From: an uncultured delta proteobacterium
GTDB taxonomy: Bacteria; Desulfobacterota; Syntrophia; Syntrophales; UBA2185
DNA length: 64,000 nucleotides
Direction of reading: 5' to 3'
NCBI GenBank assembly: GCA_963695875.1
Contig: CAVOID010000014.1
Location: 64,001 to 128,000, forward strand
Shown: piece after piece, positions 44,955 to 56,502 of the stretch
Numbering within the stretch: the first letter of the stretch is position 1
How the letters are laid out: each line of letters starts with the position of its first letter
The notes under the pieces: generated by a model
The model's input: only the letters and a program-made list of their open reading frames with translations
Databases searched by the model: none
What the model was told of the DNA's origin: nothing
Program-made: the position numbers and the translations under genes

Positions 44955-47801
44955 ATGAAAGAAGCCCCCTTATACAACAGTAGACTTATAAGAACTTCGT
45001 TGAATATCTTAAAGACTATCACTCTGAAGTTGATATTGAGTTTCTTCTGATTACGCCGGGATTACTTCATACCAGCTTGAAGATGGAGGTCATTGGTTCA
45101 GTCAGCATCAAATCGATCTTTTCCACGAAGTAATGGATCGACAAACGAAGGACCCTGATATATCACGCAAAGTTGGTCGCTACGCACCCTTTTCAAAAGC
45201 CGCTGGAACTGTGTCACAATACACATTGGGACTTATAACACCTACAATGGCTTACTCGGTGCTCGGTAAGCTTTATCATTTCCTAAGCCGCGCCTGCACA
45301 ATTCACACTAGAAGCCTCGGTTCAAATAAGGTTGAAGTTGTTGCCACACCAAATCCAGGTGTTGAAGAAAGACAGTACCAATGCGAAAATCGGATAGGTA
45401 CGTTCGAGGCAATCGCCAAATTATTCACAGCCAAATTTGCAAATATCGAACATCCGTCATGCATACATAGAGGCGGAGCCAGCTGCCGCTACATAATAAG
45501 CTGGGAGAAAAACCCCTCCTGGATATGGAAGAAATCCCGTAATTACATTATGCTATCGGCATTTGTGGTCTGCCCGGCATTCTTCTTTATTCTCCATGAC
45601 ACGCTGTGGGCGTGGACATTGCCTGTTTTGCTTTATATAGTTGTTTGTAATGACTTTCATCTATTACACTGAGCATATGGAAAAAAAAGAACTCGCTATG
45701 ACCCTGGAAAGCCAGGGTGAATTAGCTGACAGTCTTTTGGATGAAATTAACATTCGCTACAATAATGCGACACTCATTCATGAAATTGGCCAAGCTACGT
45801 CCATTATTTTAGACAGTGAAAGGTTGCTCAACCTTATTATGGAGGCTATGGAGAATCGGTTGGATTTTGATCGCGGCATGATTATGCTATCAAACAAGGA
45901 AAAGGCACGTCTAATCTATTCTGCTGGTTACGGATACAGTCCTGAACATGAGGAAAAGCTGATGGGAACAGAGTTTCGCCTTGATAAGCCTGACTCCAAG
46001 GGACCGGTTGTGGAATCTTTCCGCCTGCAAAAACCCATCCTCATCGATGACATAAGTAAAATAGAAAACAAACTTACAAAAAGGAGCCGGGAGTTTGCCA
46101 AAATGATGGGTGCACAGTCATTTATATGTGTCCCTATCGTTTTCGAAAATGAGGCATTGGGTATTCTGATGGTTGACAACATCAGATCCAAGAGAAATCT
46201 CAGACAGAGTGACGTAAGTCTCCTGATGGGAATCGCGACTCAAATCGCGATCAGCATGAACAATGCAATATCCTATCAAAGGGTACTTGAAAGTGAGGAA
46301 CGATTCCGATCCTTGAGCGAAAATGCCCCTGACATTATTTATACTCTTGATATCGATGGATCATTTACCTACATAAACCCTGTCTGGGAAAAGATTCTGG
46401 GGCATAGTGCCGACGAGGTTATAGGACGATCTTTCATTGACTTTGTCAGGAAAGAGGACATCAAAGATTATGCTCAACTTTTTAAGCAGATAAGGAATGA
46501 AAAAATCATCGTAAGGGACAGAGTTGGTACTATCCTGCATAAAGATGGGTCAGAGCGGTTTTTTAATATAAGTGGTGCCCCAAACCTTGATATGAATGGA
46601 AATGTGATTGGTGTCGTCGGAATTTTCAGAGACATATCCGAGCAGAAAAAGCTTGAATCACAACTAAATCATGCGCAAAAGATGGAAGCCATTGGAACTC
46701 TTGCCGGTGGTATTGCCCATGACTTTAATAATCTTCTTACAGGTATTCAGGGTTATGCTACCTTGATGTTTCTTGATATGAATATCAGCCATCCTCTTTA
46801 TGATAAACTCAAGGGAATTGAAGACCAGGTAAAAAGTGGAGCGGACTTAACCAAAGCAGCTTTTGGGATTTGCCCGTGGTCGGAAAATACGACACTCACT
46901 GTGGCTGACTTAAACGACATCATCGACAAGACATCATCAATGTTTGGGAGAACAAGGAAGGAGATTCGTATTCACCGCAAGTATGAGGAGGATATCTGGG
47001 CGGTGGAGGTTGATCGCGGGCAGATCGAGCAGGTGCTTTTGAATATGTATGTAAATGCCTGGCAGGCTATGCCGGGCGGCGGGGATTTATATCTGGAAAC
47101 GGCCAACGTCGTTCTTGATGAGGATTACGTAAAACCGTTTTCTGTAAGTCCTGGAAGGTATGTTAAGATTTCGGTGACTGATACTGGTGCTCGGAATGGA
47201 TGAGCAGACGAAGTCAAGGATATTTGAACCATTTTTTACCACAAAAGAGATGGGGAGAGGTACAGGACTTGGGCTCGCGTCCGCCTACGGTATAATCAAG
47301 GGACACAATGGTATAATAAATGTGTATAGTGAGAAGGGACATGGAACGACATTCACCATCTATCTGCCCGCTTCGGAGAAAGAAATTGTAAAGGAGGAGA
47401 TGGTTTCCGAGGATATCATTAAGGGTGAGGGAACAATCCTTCTTGTTGATGATGAGGAAGTTATCATTGATGTAGGCAGGGATATCCTGGAGGTCCTTGG
47501 GTATAAAGTTTTTGCTGCCAAGAGCGGTCGGGAAGCCATAGAGATTTTTAAGGCAGGGGACAGCAATATCGATCTGGTCATTCTGGATATGATCATGCCG
47601 GAAATGGGCGGTGCAGAGACCTTCGATGTTCTCAAGTCTATTGATCCCAGTATCAAAGTAATCCTTACCAGCGGATACAGTATAGATGCACGTCCGACAA
47701 AGATGCTGGAGCGGGGTTGTGATGGATTTATTCAAAAACCCTATAGCGTGCAAACTTTGTCGCAAAAGGTAAGAGAGGTTTTGGACAAGAAAATATCGTG
47801 A
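44955..47801 (+). CDS. Hybrid sensor histidine kinase: V4R/H-NOX-like - TM - GAF - PAS - HisKA - HATPase - REC; several frameshifts
   Basis: Starts MKEAPLYNSRLI; CENRIG...EHPSCIHRGGASCRY; GAF CVPIV; PAS YINP; AHDFNNLL; FEPFFTTK/GTGLGL; LLVDD...DMIMP...KP. Confidence 0.85.
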
Positions 47802-48191
47802 CCACTTGCTTTATTTAATTCAGCTTAACTTGGCGTAGCAGGTTTTGGCAATAAAAAAGAACTGCGAAGAATATGAGATGAAATAAAACGTGAGGTACGT
47901 TCAGGTATCGAAAATCAAGATAATCAATATAGTTACTCTTGCCTTCATGCAAGCGTTTAATATCTTCCTCATAATCAGTATCCCTTCAGAAAATCGACTT
48001 ATCGATCATCGCAAATCAGTAATTCTATTTGGTCACATATTGATATAATTAATTTAACAAAATTAGATAAAAAAACATATTTTTCGAATAGTTATTTATT
48101 TATTGAATATTTATTTATTTTGGATTATATAGACGCGAATTTATAAATTATATTTGGTTCATTCTATTTTGTTTTATGAGAGGCTAAGTAC

Positions 48192-49022
48192 ATGAAAAAT
48201 AACTTAAATTATGAAACGTGGGTAGATGATAATAGAAAATACCTGGAAACATTCCATGATAAACGTGTTTTTGTTACTTATGCAGGTGGAAAAGATGCCT
48301 CGGTAATACTTCATTATCTCATACGGGCAAAAGAGGAATTCGGTTTCGAATTTGAAACGCATGCTGCTATGTTTCCAACACATGTCTATACTAAGGATGA
48401 GGTACAGAAACTTGATTCCTATTGGAAAGCGCGAGGTGTATTCATAACCTGGCATCCTGTAAATAAAAATGAACACGCTTTTGAAATGGCAAAGCAAAAC
48501 GGAACGAATCCTTGCGAGGTATGTCATTCAACGAAAAGAAAACAATTTATTGAATTTTTAAATAATACTACTACTGACTGGAATTCCCTCGTAATAATAG
48601 TAGGTTGGTCGCTATGGGATCTTGTTGGCTATTCACTGGAATATTTATTCGGCAGTGTCTATGCAGACCGGGATTCTCTGTTCCAAGGGAAATCAATCGA
48701 AGATAGGCATTACCGGACTTCTCAGCGCTTTTATCCCATGTTAAAGATGAAAGAAGGTTATTCTTTATGCAAACCATTAATCAGGTACAATGACCAGGAC
48801 ATTAAAAAGGTAATTCATGAAAATCAAATACCGATTCTAACCACCGATTGCAAGTATAAGGATTTCAGACCAAAGAGGCTATTTGCCGACTGTTATATAA
48901 AAATGGATTTGTATTTTGATTATGATAAGGTTATGAACTTCGCTGAAAAATCGCTTGGCCTGCATAAATCATCTGTATATACGAATATTAGCAAAGAAGA
49001 TTTCATAATGTCAATTTTTTAA
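48192..49022 (+). CDS. Divergent TtcA/PP-loop ATP-pyrophosphatase family protein
   Basis: YAGGKDAS (PP-loop variant), PCEVC, GWSLWD, KPLI. Confidence 0.7.
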   Translation: MKNNLNYETWVDDNRKYLETFHDKRVFVTYAGGKDASVILHYLIRAKEEFGFEFETHAAMFPTHVYTKDEVQKLDSYWKARGVFITWHPVNKNEHAFEMAKQNGTNPCEVCHSTKRKQFIEFLNNTTTDWNSLVIIVGWSLWDLVGYSLEYLFGSVYADRDSLFQGKSIEDRHYRTSQRFYPMLKMKEGYSLCKPLIRYNDQDIKKVIHENQIPILTTDCKYKDFRPKRLFADCYIKMDLYFDYDKVMNFAEKSLGLHKSSVYTNISKEDFIMSIF

Positions 49023-49202
49023 AAATAGGTCATAGTAAATTAAAATGTTGATTGGCCTCGTAAGCAAAACAGATCGTGCCGGTATCATAAAGAGTGTTTA
49101 GGCAGAGATTTGCTGATCAGAAAAAAATTTCATAACATATCCATGGTCTTTTATTCATTAAGTTAGACCTCCCTTGATTTCTGGTTTTTATAAAGTTCCC
49201 TC

Positions 49203-49230
49203 CCCGGAAAGCCCCGCCCTGCGGGCGGGT
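49203..49230 (+). repeat. Partial family B mini-element hairpin, inverted relative to 59370 and 62109
   Basis: ccggaaagccccgccctgcgggcggg is the near reverse complement of cccgcccacagggc(a/g)gggctt. Confidence 0.55.
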
Positions 49231-49251
49231 AGGGAAAAGAACTAAGCCTCA

Positions 49252-50247
49252 TTAAACTACCCCTCGTATAATTCCCGAATCACTAGGCAACCGGAAGGGT
49301 AAGTGTTCTATCTCCCTTACCCCCGCTCTGGTGAGCATTTCCATGATCTCCCTCTCAGAATAAGAACGGCCATTTCTTGTCCCCAAGAGCATATTAAGGG
49401 AAAAAAGCGCGGGGAAGAGCGGTCCATCCATAGTGTTATACAAGATAAATTCGTGCACGATAATCATCCCTCCCGGCTCAAGAACCGAGACAACCTTCTC
49501 GATAATCCTCTGACAATCCTCAGGACCCTCAGCATGAAGAATTTGAGAAAGCCAGGCCACATCATAGCTTCCGGAAATATCTTTACTCAGGTAATCACCC
49601 TCGACGAAATCAATCCGATCGGCAAGACCAAACTTTTCGATTGTCTTGATGGCATAGGGTCTGGTTGTAGGCAGGTCATAGACCGTGGCCTTGAGTTGTG
49701 GATTTTTCAAGCAAAAGTAGATGGCATATGTACCAGGCCCGCCGCCAAGATCAAGGAGACGACGCCGATCCAAAAGATCAATTGTATTAACCATCCGGGG
49801 AGCCAGGTTCACAGCATTGTTGAACATACCCATAAGGAAGCTTTCCCGCTTTTCTTCATCATCATACGATGATCTTGATCTGACAGGACCACCTGCCCTC
49901 ACAGCCTTATCCAGCTTGGACCAAGATTCCGCAAGATGGTGATGATGCATAATCATGTAGCCTATATATTCGGGGGAATCCTTCGAGAGATAAGATATGC
50001 CGGCCGGGGTGTTGGAATATTTATCGCCCTTCTTTTCAATGAGGTTCATTGCCGACAGGGCATTGAGGAGCGTTATCACACTTCTTTTTTTCCCCCTCAG
50101 TTTTTGCGCAAGCTCTTCACCTGTAAATTGTTCAGTGCCTATAGTTGTAAAAACCCCAAGTTTAATAGCTGCGTGGAGTGTAAAAGACCTCCAGTAGTAT
50201 CCGGATAATGCCAGCAGCTTGTCCGGACTCCATTCCTGTGCGTCCAT
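49252..50247 (-). CDS. SAM-dependent O-methyltransferase (Methyltransf_2 + dimerisation domain)
   Basis: LHAAIKLGVF, LLDLGGGPG, YDLP, SQILH, LEPGG. Confidence 0.9.
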   Translation of the reverse strand: MDAQEWSPDKLLALSGYYWRSFTLHAAIKLGVFTTIGTEQFTGEELAQKLRGKKRSVITLLNALSAMNLIEKKGDKYSNTPAGISYLSKDSPEYIGYMIMHHHHLAESWSKLDKAVRAGGPVRSRSSYDDEEKRESFLMGMFNNAVNLAPRMVNTIDLLDRRRLLDLGGGPGTYAIYFCLKNPQLKATVYDLPTTRPYAIKTIEKFGLADRIDFVEGDYLSKDISGSYDVAWLSQILHAEGPEDCQRIIEKVVSVLEPGGMIIVHEFILYNTMDGPLFPALFSLNMLLGTRNGRSYSEREIMEMLTRAGVREIEHLPFRLPSDSGIIRGVV

Positions 50248-50269
50248 ATGAATGCCCTTTTTATTTAAA

Positions 50270-51329
50270 TTATTGTCCGTAATGCTCTTTAATCCATGCC
50301 TGATACTCGCCGCTTCTGATATTCTCAATCCACGCTCTGTTATCCAGATACCAGCTTATTGTTACTCTGATGCCTGACGCGAACGATTCGCGGGGAGACC
50401 ACTTGAGTTCCCTTTGCAACTTGGTAAAATCGATGGCATATCTCCGGTCATGCCCCGGCCTGTCTTTAACGAATCTGATCAGTCCTCTCCTGGAACTCCC
50501 GTCAGAAGCAGGGAGAAGCTCATCAAGGATGTCGCATATCATTTCCACAATGACGATGTTTTCCATCTCAGAACTGCCGCCGACGTTATACATCTCCCCC
50601 TTTTTGCCCGACTGCATGATTGTCCAGATGGCCTCACAGTGATCTTTGACATAGAGCCAATCCCGAACGTTTCTGCCATCTCCGTAAACGGGCAGAGGCT
50701 TCCCTTCAACGGCGTTGAGGATCATCAGAGGAATCAGTTTTTCCGGGAACTGGTAAGGTCCATAATTATTCGAACAGTTGGAAATGAGCGTCGGCAATCC
50801 GAAGGTTTCATGATAGGCGCGAACCAGGTGGTCGGAAGCTGCCTTGGAAGCTGAATAGGGACTGTTGGGCCGGTACGGTGTCTCCTCTTTAAAATACCCT
50901 TCCTGCCCAAGGCTGCCGATACACTTCATCAGTGCTGACATGATGAAACAGCAGAAATTTATCCGCCTTCGCCCTGGCAAGTTCAAGGAGGTTAAAAGTC
51001 CCGACAATATTTGTATGTATGAAACTCCCCGGGCTCCTGATGGACCTGTCAACATGCGATTCCGCTGCAAAATGGCAGACAGCATCAATATTATAATCAT
51101 TGAAAATTTTTTCCATTAGATCCGCATCACAAATATCCGCCTTATGAAAGATGTACCTGTCGGGATACTCTTTATCGATGCCCTTGAGATTTTCAGGATT
51201 CCCTGCATAGGTAAGCTTATCGACATTGATTACCCTGCCCGTGAATCCTGTTTCCTCCAGCAAATAATGGATAAAGTTGCTGCCGATAAACCCACACCCA
51301 CCGGTGACCATCAAATTATTAATGCTCAT
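50270..51329 (-). CDS. rfbB: dTDP-glucose 4,6-dehydratase; frameshift near 50920
   Basis: VTGGCGFIGSN, DKLTYAGN, AAESHVDRSI, HVSTDEVY, YSASK, DRPGHDRRY. Confidence 0.96.
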
Positions 51330-51517
51330 GTTACCCCTTTCTTCTTGATCAGATTAGACTATTCGTATTTAAGCCTCTGCGAAAAATAGCTCGGACCAAT
51401 GACAGACCTGTTAAAACCGGCAACCCGGTTACGTAGTACGGGTCCTTAACCTGATACAGGTCTGCCCGAAATGACAAATTGCATGAAACCTATAATGTGA
51501 ATATGAATTAACAGCTT

Positions 51518-52304
51518 TTATATATAAGCCCTTCCCCCAAGATAGCGATTTTTGTAATAGCTCTTCGACATGGAATCCACGCGAACTTTTTTGCCGCCGC
51601 CTGGTGCATGGATAAACCGACCTTCCCCGGCGTATATACCCACATGAGAGATTTTATCTTTGCCGGCAGTAGCAAAAAAAACGAGGTCCCCCTTCAAAAG
51701 GCTATCCCGCATCAACAGGGGTCCCGGCTTCATACTGTTCCTTGGATGAACGGGGAAGGTTGAGGCCGTTGTACTGATATACAGTCATTGCCAGCCCGCT
51801 GCAATCGAAGCCGGCATCATACGAAGAGCCGCCCCAGAGATATGGAACGTCTATGAAACTTTGCGCCGTTTTTACAAGCTCCTCCCTGATGTACATGTCG
51901 CCGTGCGTTTTTTGTTTTGCAATAGTATATTCATCGGGGCTGACAATATAATATTCATCGATCACACCTGACGATTTGAGGCCTTCAGCCTTTTCGCGGG
52001 CAATCATTTTTGAAGGAAAATTGCCAAAACGCACCTTGTATAGTCCTGCACGGGCCACGTAATAGATGGCCTCTAAACCCCTGTCCCGGAGAAGGTCAGT
52101 CAGCCGTGCAGCATTTTCAACATTAGAAAAAGCGCCCACCTGAATGGTATAGCCCATATGGGCGATCTGCTTTTCTACATGCTTCGGCGGAGGGCGATAG
52201 GCACGCCGTCCCGCACAACCCGCAACAAGGAAGACAATTAAATAAATGGCAACCGTAACGTGGAGGAAGTATCTCCCCTTGAAACCGACTTCTGTTCCTT
52301 TCAC
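51518..52304 (-). CDS. SPOR + NlpC/P60 lipoprotein (peptidoglycan endopeptidase); frameshift near 51705
   Basis: Lipobox VAGC; YTIQVGAFS; PYLWGG...FDCSG; GDLVFF, HVGIY, FIHAP. Confidence 0.9.
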
Positions 52305-52348
52305 ACACTCCTCAGTAACAACTTCTTATTCAATTTATCACAGGCCGG

Positions 52349-53711
52349 CTATCCCGTAGTTTTATCACCCCATCGATCCATCACCAGCCTGCGAGCCTCA
52401 TCGGATGTAGATATCTCCCCATCGAGCTGAGCATCCTCAATGGCGTGCATGATCTCGCTAAAAAGGGGGCCCGGAGGGAAACCCATGCCTATAAGATCAT
52501 TCCCGTTGAGTAAACGCGGAGGATGCAGGTCTTCAACTGCTATTTCTTCCAGCTTACTTCTGCAGAATTCATAGCTTTCGAGTGAACCGTGGCTCCCAAG
52601 ACAGTCCAGACGATGTAGTTCGAGGTGAAGGTCGAAGTCGGGCATCCTGAGGAATCGTTTTAATCTGTTCGGACGCATATCCATAACGTTCATGAAGAGC
52701 ATATGATAATGGATGAGGGCAAGAATTGTCTCCATTTCGGCACGCGAGAATCTGAGCCGCCGCATCATAGCCTCGGCGATCTTTTCCCCCTCGCGGACAT
52801 GGCCATAGAAATGAATGCCAGATTCATTCTCGGAACGTGTATGTGCCTTCCCGATGTCATGCATGACAATGCCCCAGGCAAGACGCAAATCATTCTCCAC
52901 TCCCTCGCTCGAGGGCAGGAGGTCGAGCATCCGGAGGGTGTGTTCCCATACATCACCTTCAGGGTGGAATCTCGGAGGCTGATCGACACCGCGGAGTGCA
53001 TAAACCTCGGGAAGAACTTCTGCCAGAAGACCGGTTTCTGCGAGGATTTCCATGCCACGCCGTGCACCTCCGCGCGTGAGGAGTTTCGTAAGCTCATCAC
53101 GGATACGTTCGGCACTGATACGGCTGATTGAGGAAATATGTTGTTTGATGGCATTGAAAGTCTCCGCATCTATTTCATAGCCAAGGTTAGCGGCAAAGCG
53201 GACGGCACGAAGCATCCTCAGATGATCCTCGGCAAAGCGCTCTTCAGGGCTGCCAATTGTGCGAATTACAACGGTTCTCAATATCTCGTCTGCCTTCGAC
53301 ATAATCGATGATCTTGCCTGTAACGGGATCCATGAGAAGGGCATTTACGGTAAAGTCGCGGCGGCGTACATCACCTTCAGCAGTGGTAAATTCTACTTGA
53401 GACGGCCTTCGCCCATCTTCGTAGTCACTCTCGGTGCGAAATGTTGCGACTTCATAACTTTGCCCTTCTTCAACCACCAGGACAACGCCGAAACTTATCC
53501 CCACCGGCACTGTGTGAGAAAAAAGTGAACGAACCTCATCGGGCCGCGCTGAGGTAACAATGTCATAATCCCCGGGTTCAACTCCACGCAGGAGATCGCG
53601 CACACATCCACCTACGAAATAGGCTTCATAACCGGCGTCCTGCAAATTTCGGACAATGCTGACAGCAGTATCGCGAGACGCCTTAATTTTTCCCTGACCG
53701 TTACTTAACAA
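52349..53711 (-). CDS. cca: CCA tRNA nucleotidyltransferase (HD-containing); frameshift near 53270
   Basis: VGGCVRD, DYDIVT, RRDFTVNAL, EDHLRMLRAVRF, HPEGDV, HDIGK. Confidence 0.9.
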
Positions 53712-53763
53712 AGATTTCCTTTCCTGTTTTTATACCGTGTACACTACAATATCGATAATCTTT

Positions 53764-54561
53764 TCACTCATCTAATAATAATGGCGCAAGATGATTTATC
53801 ACTCTGTAGCCGGCGCCGATGCTGTACGCAGACCTGATTGCCTCAGTTATATAGGCCTTTGCCCCCTTTACAGCTTCAACGACACTTTGACCTTTCGCTA
53901 ATAGCGTGGCAATGGAAGCAGAGAAGGTACATCCTGTACCATGCACATTTTTTTTATCGATCCTCCTGCAAGAAAATGTATAAAATTTCTTTCCGTCATA
54001 GAGTACATCTACAGCATCCCCCGTCAGATGCCCTCCTTTAACAACTACATTTTTCGCTCCAAACTTGTAAATAATCCTTGCCGCTTTTTTCATTTCCCGA
54101 ACAGAAGTAATCTTCATATCGGCCAGGACCTCGGCCTCGGGAATATTTGGCGTCACGACAAAGGCCAGCGGGATCAATTCACTGATCATTGAATCCCTCA
54201 CCTCGCCTCTAATCACTGCCTCCCCGCCTTTAGCCACCATAACGGGATCGACTACGAGCTTCTTAATCCCATATTTTCTGATCATGGCAGCTACTACCTT
54301 TAAAATTTCAGTGTTCGTCAGCATACCTGTTTTGACAGCATCAACACCAATATCGGTCATTACAGATTCAAACTGTCTCTCCACAAAATCAGGCGAAACC
54401 TCATATATACCCTGGATACCGAGTGTATTCTGAGCGGTAACGGCCGTTATAACACTCATTCCTAAGGCGCCTAATGCAGCGATCGTCTTTAAATCCGCCT
54501 GTATTCCCGCACCACCACAGGAATCAGAACCGGCGATGGTTAAAACCCTTGCTGGTTTCAT
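53764..54561 (-). CDS. thiD: Hydroxymethylpyrimidine/phosphomethylpyrimidine kinase
   Basis: [39 protein letters not shown]. Confidence 0.96.
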   Translation of the reverse strand: MKPARVLTIAGSDSCGGAGIQADLKTIAALGALGMSVITAVTAQNTLGIQGIYEVSPDFVERQFESVMTDIGVDAVKTGMLTNTEILKVVAAMIRKYGIKKLVVDPVMVAKGGEAVIRGEVRDSMISELIPLAFVVTPNIPEAEVLADMKITSVREMKKAARIIYKFGAKNVVVKGGHLTGDAVDVLYDGKKFYTFSCRRIDKKNVHGTGCTFSASIATLLAKGQSVVEAVKGAKAYITEAIRSAYSIGAGYRVINHLAPLLLDE

Positions 54562-54569
54562 ATGCTTTC

Positions 54570-55232
54570 TCAGGGAAGAACCCCCACCTTGAAATACCTG
54601 ATCACCAGGAGGTAACCTGAATTCACAGAAATGACGCCCCTCGTGGCGGTTAATCGATTACTGATTCCATAAGGTGTCCCCATTTCCATCACCCCGTTAT
54701 TGAGCGGATATTCAAATCCATCAAGGGTTATACCTTTAACCACATCCGAAAAGGGTAAAAGAGACACGGTCTGCCCTATTTCGCCGTCAATTACAGACTC
54801 CCGACTAACAATAGAAGCTTCACACCATTCATCAATGACTCTTACATTCACACCTTTTTTCGCACCATGAACCAGCAGCGATATGTTAGCAAGGGTATGA
54901 TCGATTCTCGTTCCGATGGCGCCAAAGAGATAGATTTCATCAGCATCCATACCGAAGGCATATTCTAAAGCGAGTTGTGTATCCGTCTCATCCTTCGCTT
55001 CCGGATATCTGATAATCTTACATCCATGCTCCTTGAAATAATCTAAAATTTCAGGTGCAAGAGAATCCATATCACCGATTATGACCTGCGGGATTACACC
55101 GAGGGAGTAAAGGTGGCCGGCGCCGCTGTCTGCGCAGATTATTCCGGAAGGGTTCAATTCAAGGAGTTTCGTTTGGAAGAACGACGGATCTCTGATCTGG
55201 CCGCCGGCAACAACAAATAAGAGCTTTTTCAT
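54570..55232 (-). CDS. thiN: Thiamine pyrophosphokinase
   Basis: ADSG, IGDMDS, KDETDT, GTRIDH, GISN. Confidence 0.93.
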   Translation of the reverse strand: MKKLLFVVAGGQIRDPSFFQTKLLELNPSGIICADSGAGHLYSLGVIPQVIIGDMDSLAPEILDYFKEHGCKIIRYPEAKDETDTQLALEYAFGMDADEIYLFGAIGTRIDHTLANISLLVHGAKKGVNVRVIDEWCEASIVSRESVIDGEIGQTVSLLPFSDVVKGITLDGFEYPLNNGVMEMGTPYGISNRLTATRGVISVNSGYLLVIRYFKVGVLP

Positions 55233-55297
55233 GAGATAAAAATGCGAGATTTTACAAAAAGTTTCTTTTATGTTTTGATAATGATTATCAGACTGCC

Positions 55298-56064
55298 CTA
55301 TTTTATACCAAATACGTTCTTTGTATTTTGATATGTAATACTTGTCAGTTCTTCAAGAGACATGCCCTTCAGTTCGGACACCTTTTTCGCAGTATGAACA
55401 ACATAAGCAGGTTCATTCCTTTTTCCCCTATAAGGATGAGGAGTCAGGTAGGGTGCATCTGTCTCCAGCAGGAGACGCGTTACAGGAACGTGCCTGACCA
55501 CTTCATGAAGTTTTTCAGACTTCCCGAAAGTGACTGCTCCCGGTTATAGATATGCAGAAGCCCATATCCAGGCACTTTTCAGCCATACTGTAGTCTCCTG
55601 AAAAACAGTGGATAACCCCTCCGTGTTTACCCTTCCATCCCTCCAGCATTTTCAGGGTTTCCTGATGGGCATCCCGATCATGAATGATAATAGGTAATCC
55701 AATTTCGCCGGCCAAGCTCCAGCTGTTCTTCAAACCTTCTTATTTGCACATCTCTCGGAGACAGGTTACGAAAAAAATCAAGGCCGATTTCTCCGAAGGC
55801 CACGACCTTATCCATCTTCGCCATCATTTTGATATTATCGTATGTAGTCTCATCGATATCCTTCACCTCATGGGGATGAATCCCAATCGCCGCATACACA
55901 TTTTTAAACGTATTGGCGATGGAGATGGCTTTTCTGCAATCATCGAGGGTGGTACCAACCGTTATAATCAGATCAACTCCTGCGTCTCCAGCCCTCCTGA
56001 TAACCTCATTCCTGTCACGGTCGAAGTCATTCATCTCCAGATGTGCATGAGAATCTGCAAGCAT
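55298..56064 (-). CDS. tatD: TatD family DNase; two frameshifts
   Basis: DSHAHL, GIHPH, GEIGLDF, HDRDA, HCFSG, ETDAPYL. Confidence 0.93.
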
Positions 56065-56103
56065 AGAAACCTTTGTACGTGGTAATACCACTCACTGTCC
56101 GGA

Positions 56104-56259
56104 TTACTCTACTGCAATCTCATCCGCACATGAGGATACATCCGGAAGTTTCGCAAGATAAGCTTGTAAACGCTCCTCTGTTATCTCTCCATCAAGGAGC
56201 ATCTTTGTAAGAATCCTCTTGTCCGTCTCGCCATCACAACTAAACTGCTTTTTCTCCAT
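56104..56259 (-). CDS. Small hypothetical protein (51 aa; below the ORF-track cutoff)
   Basis: GGAGG RBS; MEKKQFSCDGETDKRILTKMLLDGEITEERLQAYLAKLPDVSSCADEIAVE*. Confidence 0.6.
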   Translation of the reverse strand: MEKKQFSCDGETDKRILTKMLLDGEITEERLQAYLAKLPDVSSCADEIAVE

Positions 56260-56502
56260 CTTATATTCCTCCAAATCAGATATTATTCAGGTATGACTGT
56301 CTATTATACTTTTCTTATTTTTTCAACAAATACTCAAAGAGCTGCAAATATCTTGACAGTCAAGGTTAAATTCGATAATTTTTTGAGAATGCAGCGACAT
56401 GCTGTCGTTAATGATTCTAATCATCGCGATACCCTTTGCCATGACGTCCCGGCTCCCTGCTTTCACAGGATAAACTGCAGAGGAATCCAGGAACACTGAA
56501 AA

